From the sequence record SRR20825006_1225: a stretch of DNA of 20,000 nt. One strand, given 5' to 3'. Positions 16,465 to 20,000 of this stretch are shown one piece after another. Under the pieces are notes generated by a model. It saw only the letters and a list, made by a program, of their open reading frames with translations. It was not told the origin of the DNA and did not search any database. Position 1 is the first letter of the stretch; each line of letters opens with the position of its first letter. The translations under genes were made by a program, and so were the position numbers.

Positions 16465-18870
16465 ATGAAACACATTTTGTTAATGTGGTTCTTTCTAGGG
16501 CTTTGTGCGGTAAGTAACGCCCAGATTATAACCATTAACGATAAAGTAACTGACCAACCTATTGAGCTAGTTACTATATACAGTGACTCCCCTAGTTTTT
16601 ATGCCATTACAAATGCAAAAGGTGAAGCTGATATTTCGAAATTCAAAAACGTTGAGATTATCTTAATCCGGCGGATAGGCTATCGTTCTATTACAATGAG
16701 CTACGAAGACCTTAATACACGGAATTTTATAATTTCTCTATCTCCTTCAAACATCTCGATGGATAAACTAGTGGTTTCGGCTACACGCTGGCGCCAAACA
16801 AAATCAAATCTTGCTTCAAAAATAACTTCCGTAACACCTCAGCAAGTAGAAGTTCAAAATCCACAAACAGCGGCCGATTTACTGAGCCTTTCTGGAGAGG
16901 TTTATGTACAGAAAAGTCAACTTGGAGGAGGAAGTCCGATGATTAGGGGATTTTCTACCAATCGACTTCTTCTTGTGGTAGATGGAATTCGAATGAATAC
17001 AGCCATTTTCAGGAGTGGTAACCTTCAAAATGTAATTTCTCTAGATCCTTTCGCAATTGAACATACTGAGGTCTTATTCGGTCCCAGTTCCGTAATTTAT
17101 GGAAGCGATGCTCTTGGTGGAGTTATGAGTTTCAACACCCTCACTCCAGGCCTATCGGCTTCTGAGGAACAATTCGTATCAGGTAATGCAGTAGCTCGTT
17201 ATTCATCTGCCAACGATGAAAACACTTATCACTTTGATGTTAGCTTAGGCACAGAAAAATGGGGTTCCATAACCAGCTTCACTAATTTTAATTATGGTGA
17301 TCTTGAGATGGGAAGTCATGGTCCTGAAGAATACCTCCGCCCTGAATTTGTTCAACGAATTGATGGCTCCGATGTGGTGATTGCAAATAAAAATCCACAA
17401 ATACAGCGAACTACAGGTTATTCACAAACAAATTTAATGCAAAAGCTCCGTTTTAAACCCAACGATGATTGGGATTTTAATTATGGCTTTCATTACTCCG
17501 AAACTTCCGATTATGATCGTTATGATCGTTTAATTCGGTATAAAAATGGTTCTCCTAGAAGTGCCGAATGGTACTATGGACCTCAGATTTGGGTAATGAA
17601 TAATTTTTCTATTGCCACAAAAACAGAATCAGCATTTTTTGATGATGCCAAAATTCGGCTAGCTCATCAGTATTTTGAAGAAAGCAGAATAGATCGCGAT
17701 TTTAATGGTACTCAACGTTTTAGTAGAATTGAAAAAGTGAATGCTTATTCCGCTAATCTTGATTTAGTGAAAAAGCTCTCCGATAACCAACAACTTTTCT
17801 ATGGTGTTGAAAGTGTTTTTAATGATGTAAGCTCTTCAGGAACTGACACTGATATAAGTACAGGCGTAACTGTAAAAGGTTCGCCTCGCTATCCAGAATC
17901 GACCTGGGCTTCTTATGCTGCGTACCTAAACTACATGTACGAGATTAATCCAAAGTTAACTTTACAAGCTGGTACTCGGTACAATCAGTTTGTTTTGGAT
18001 GCCGAATTTGAAAACACTTTTTATCCATTCCCATTCAGCGAAGCACATCTAAATAGTGGGGCTCTAACAGGAAGTATAGGTGTTGTATTCAAGCCAGAGA
18101 AATCGATTGCTATAAATACGGTTCTTTCAACGGGTTTCAGATCTCCAAATATTGATGATGTTGGAAAAGTTTTTGACTCAGAGCCAGGCTCCGTTGTTAT
18201 ACCAAATCCAGATCTAAAATCTGAATATGCCTATAACGCAGAATTAGGTGTGAATAAAGTCTTTAATGATGAACTTCAAATAGATGTAACCGGCTATTAT
18301 ACGCTCTTAGAAGATGCTTTAGTCCGAAGAGATTATACCTTAAACGGACAGAGTCAAATTATGTACGATGGCCAATTAAGTCAGGTTCAAGCTGTACAGA
18401 ATGCAGCAAAAGCTACCATTTTTGGAGTTCAAATTGCGGCCGAATTATCTTTACCTGCTGGCTTTGATGCGTCTTCTCAGTTCAATATTCAAAAGGGTGA
18501 AGAGGAATTAGATAATGGCGATAAAAGTCCTTCTCGACATGCTGCGCCGTGGTTTGGGACTACCCATCTTAAATACAGTGCTAATCATTTGAAACTAGAT
18601 TTATATGCTATTTATAGCATGAAAGTAAGCTATAAGAATCTCCCCGATGAAGAAAAAGGAAAAGATTATATGTACGCCATTGACGCTAATGGAAATCCAT
18701 ATTCTCCAGCATGGTACACGCTAAATCTGAAAAGCATTTACCAAGTTACCAAGGTGTTCTCTTTTTCTTCGGGAATTGAAAACATCACAGACCAGCGCTA
18801 CCGACCGTATAGTTCAGGTATTGTTGCCCCTGGTAGAAATTTGATATTTGCTGTTAAAGCGGATTTCTAA
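16465..18870 (+). CDS. TonB-dependent receptor (N-terminal CarboxypepD_reg-like domain, plug, barrel)
   Basis: ATG 16465 gives a clean signal peptide MKHILLMWFFLGLCAVSNA-Q; LVVSATRW; plug GGGSPMIRGF..LLVVDGIRMN..GPSSVIYGSDALGGV; GFRSPN, NPDLKSE, GIENITDQRY..PGRN, terminal F. Confidence 0.94.
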   Translation: MKHILLMWFFLGLCAVSNAQIITINDKVTDQPIELVTIYSDSPSFYAITNAKGEADISKFKNVEIILIRRIGYRSITMSYEDLNTRNFIISLSPSNISMDKLVVSATRWRQTKSNLASKITSVTPQQVEVQNPQTAADLLSLSGEVYVQKSQLGGGSPMIRGFSTNRLLLVVDGIRMNTAIFRSGNLQNVISLDPFAIEHTEVLFGPSSVIYGSDALGGVMSFNTLTPGLSASEEQFVSGNAVARYSSANDENTYHFDVSLGTEKWGSITSFTNFNYGDLEMGSHGPEEYLRPEFVQRIDGSDVVIANKNPQIQRTTGYSQTNLMQKLRFKPNDDWDFNYGFHYSETSDYDRYDRLIRYKNGSPRSAEWYYGPQIWVMNNFSIATKTESAFFDDAKIRLAHQYFEESRIDRDFNGTQRFSRIEKVNAYSANLDLVKKLSDNQQLFYGVESVFNDVSSSGTDTDISTGVTVKGSPRYPESTWASYAAYLNYMYEINPKLTLQAGTRYNQFVLDAEFENTFYPFPFSEAHLNSGALTGSIGVVFKPEKSIAINTVLSTGFRSPNIDDVGKVFDSEPGSVVIPNPDLKSEYAYNAELGVNKVFNDELQIDVTGYYTLLEDALVRRDYTLNGQSQIMYDGQLSQVQAVQNAAKATIFGVQIAAELSLPAGFDASSQFNIQKGEEELDNGDKSPSRHAAPWFGTTHLKYSANHLKLDLYAIYSMKVSYKNLPDEEKGKDYMYAIDANGNPYSPAWYTLNLKSIYQVTKVFSFSSGIENITDQRYRPYSSGIVAPGRNLIFAVKADF

Positions 18871-18872
18871 AC

Positions 18873-18902
18873 AAAAGGCTCTCTATGAGAGCCTATTTCT
18901 TT
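18873..18902. terminator. Probable bidirectional terminator between convergent genes
   Basis: AGGCTCTC-tat-GAGAGCCT 8-bp stem with an A run on the left and ATTTCTTT on the right. Confidence 0.75.
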
Positions 18903-18960
18903 GCTTGAAATTTTTTGGGAATGGTTGGCTTAATGAACTATAGAACTAGGTTAAAAACCA

Positions 18961-19551
18961 TCACAGTTTTTTGGATATTACTAATGCATCTAAACTTGAG
19001 GTATCAAAAGCTTTAACCTCTTTGTAAGAATCTAACCTATAGAGCAAAGTATCATTCCTCTCAATATTCAAAATTCCTTCTAAGGATGCATCCACATGAA
19101 ACATATTGTATACTATTAATACCTGAGGCACGTAACCTTCCAAATTAAATTCACTCCAAATGTAGTACTGAGATCCCAAGTTATACCAACCTCCACCAGC
19201 TATAACTTCATCAAAGTAACCTGACTTTGTTAAAAAATCATACCCAACTTTTGAATCGATATCTGTTGATATTCCAGTAGAGAAGAAACCAATGCCTTTG
19301 GCTTTGGCAAAACTTCTCACTCTCATTTTCAAACTTTTCAGTTCGTTATGAAGTGAATCATTACAATAAGAACACCCTTCTGATCCAATATAAACCAACT
19401 GTAAGTACTCGCCACCTTTAAAGTCTTTAATCCCGCTTTCCGAAGCTCTCTCTGTTTTAGCATTATAAAATTTGGGTAAAATATAAACCCCGATTATTAC
19501 CCCTATAAATACTATAATTATTAATATCCTATTGAATATTTTATCGCTCAT
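18961..19551 (-). CDS. Membrane-anchored hypothetical protein with CxxC, probable thioredoxin-like fold
   Basis: N-terminal TM (ILIIIVFIGVIIGVYIL); strand LQLVYIG then CSYC then helix; later YVPQVLIV at the expected cis-Pro position. Confidence 0.7.
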   Translation of the reverse strand: MSDKIFNRILIIIVFIGVIIGVYILPKFYNAKTERASESGIKDFKGGEYLQLVYIGSEGCSYCNDSLHNELKSLKMRVRSFAKAKGIGFFSTGISTDIDSKVGYDFLTKSGYFDEVIAGGGWYNLGSQYYIWSEFNLEGYVPQVLIVYNMFHVDASLEGILNIERNDTLLYRLDSYKEVKAFDTSSLDALVISKKL

Positions 19552-20000
19552 AATTTTTTAATTTATAGATATTGAAAAAAATTTTCCCGTTTTTCTGTCT
19601 AATTAAATGCCTGCTTGTTACCCAAATGTTTTCGCTTTCAACAAAACTTTGACCGAGGTAATGGGATTTTCCTCTTGATGTATTGATTAAATAGAAGTCT
19701 TGTGATTCATCCCATTTCAACCCCAAATCAGTTACTCTTCTGTTACCGTAATGTCGAATCGTAACCATCAATGTATTGTCGGTAACTTTAGTCACATCCT
19801 GTATTAAACTCCAATCAGAAAAGTTTACAAATAGCTCTTGAGTTGAAGGAACATATCTTCTCTTTGCGATATTGAATCCCGAAAAATTGTATTTCTTAGT
19901 CAACGTTCCATTTTCAAAATGATATAAATAGGGAATCAAATCGAAGTATTGTATTAGGTGTTGATCAACTTCATTGGAGTACCTTATTTTTCCCGATGAA
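19541..20000 (-). CDS. C-terminal part of a hypothetical protein (possibly beta-propeller), truncated by the right edge
   Basis: The frame of ORF 19541..19939 stays open to the window end (SSGKIRYSNEVDQHLIQYFDLIPYLY...), so the TTG start at 19939 is an edge artefact. Short beta-strand-like pattern, ends FNIYKLKNYER; overlaps the next gene by 11 nt. Confidence 0.65.
   Translation of the reverse strand, partial: SSGKIRYSNEVDQHLIQYFDLIPYLYHFENGTLTKKYNFSGFNIAKRRYVPSTQELFVNFSDWSLIQDVTKVTDNTLMVTIRHYGNRRVTDLGLKWDESQDFYLINTSRGKSHYLGQSFVESENIWVTSRHLIRQKNGKIFFNIYKLKNYER

Noticed and set aside
17511-17530. Short tandem repeat TTATGATCG x2
   Set aside because: In-frame 9-bp unit (YDR YDR) in the receptor; too short to suggest phase variation.

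Overview
AT-rich chromosomal window from a Gram-negative FCB-group bacterium (Bacteroidota/Balneolota-like; inferred from the gene families and the A-rich starts lacking Shine-Dalgarno sites). It is dominated by cell-envelope genes. In order: a TonB-dependent receptor cut by the left edge and absent from the ORF track (1-1632, -), an SGNH hydrolase, a SIMPL/DUF541 protein, a tesA / ybbA-ybbP-like esterase plus ABC transporter module, an OmpA-family lipoprotein, corA, a FadL-like barrel paired with a low-complexity lipoprotein, a beta-propeller sensor kinase with a NarL-type regulator, an unknown 175-aa ORF directly ahead of a second TonB-dependent receptor, a CxxC thioredoxin-like protein, and a gene cut by the right edge. 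I saw no rRNA, tRNA, CRISPR array or mobile element. The best candidate for an undescribed system is the 175-aa ORF (15860-16387): it has an N-terminal hydrophobic segment, 8 His and a terminal PPP motif, and its stop-codon region can pair perfectly (9 bp) with the initiation region of the downstream receptor, suggesting ribosome-stalling translational control. Also notable: the charge-segregated lipoprotein plus FadL-like pair, the single clear Shine-Dalgarno site ahead of that lipoprotein, and a near-perfect LacI-type operator at 1734-1753. All family calls come from motif recognition, not database searches.
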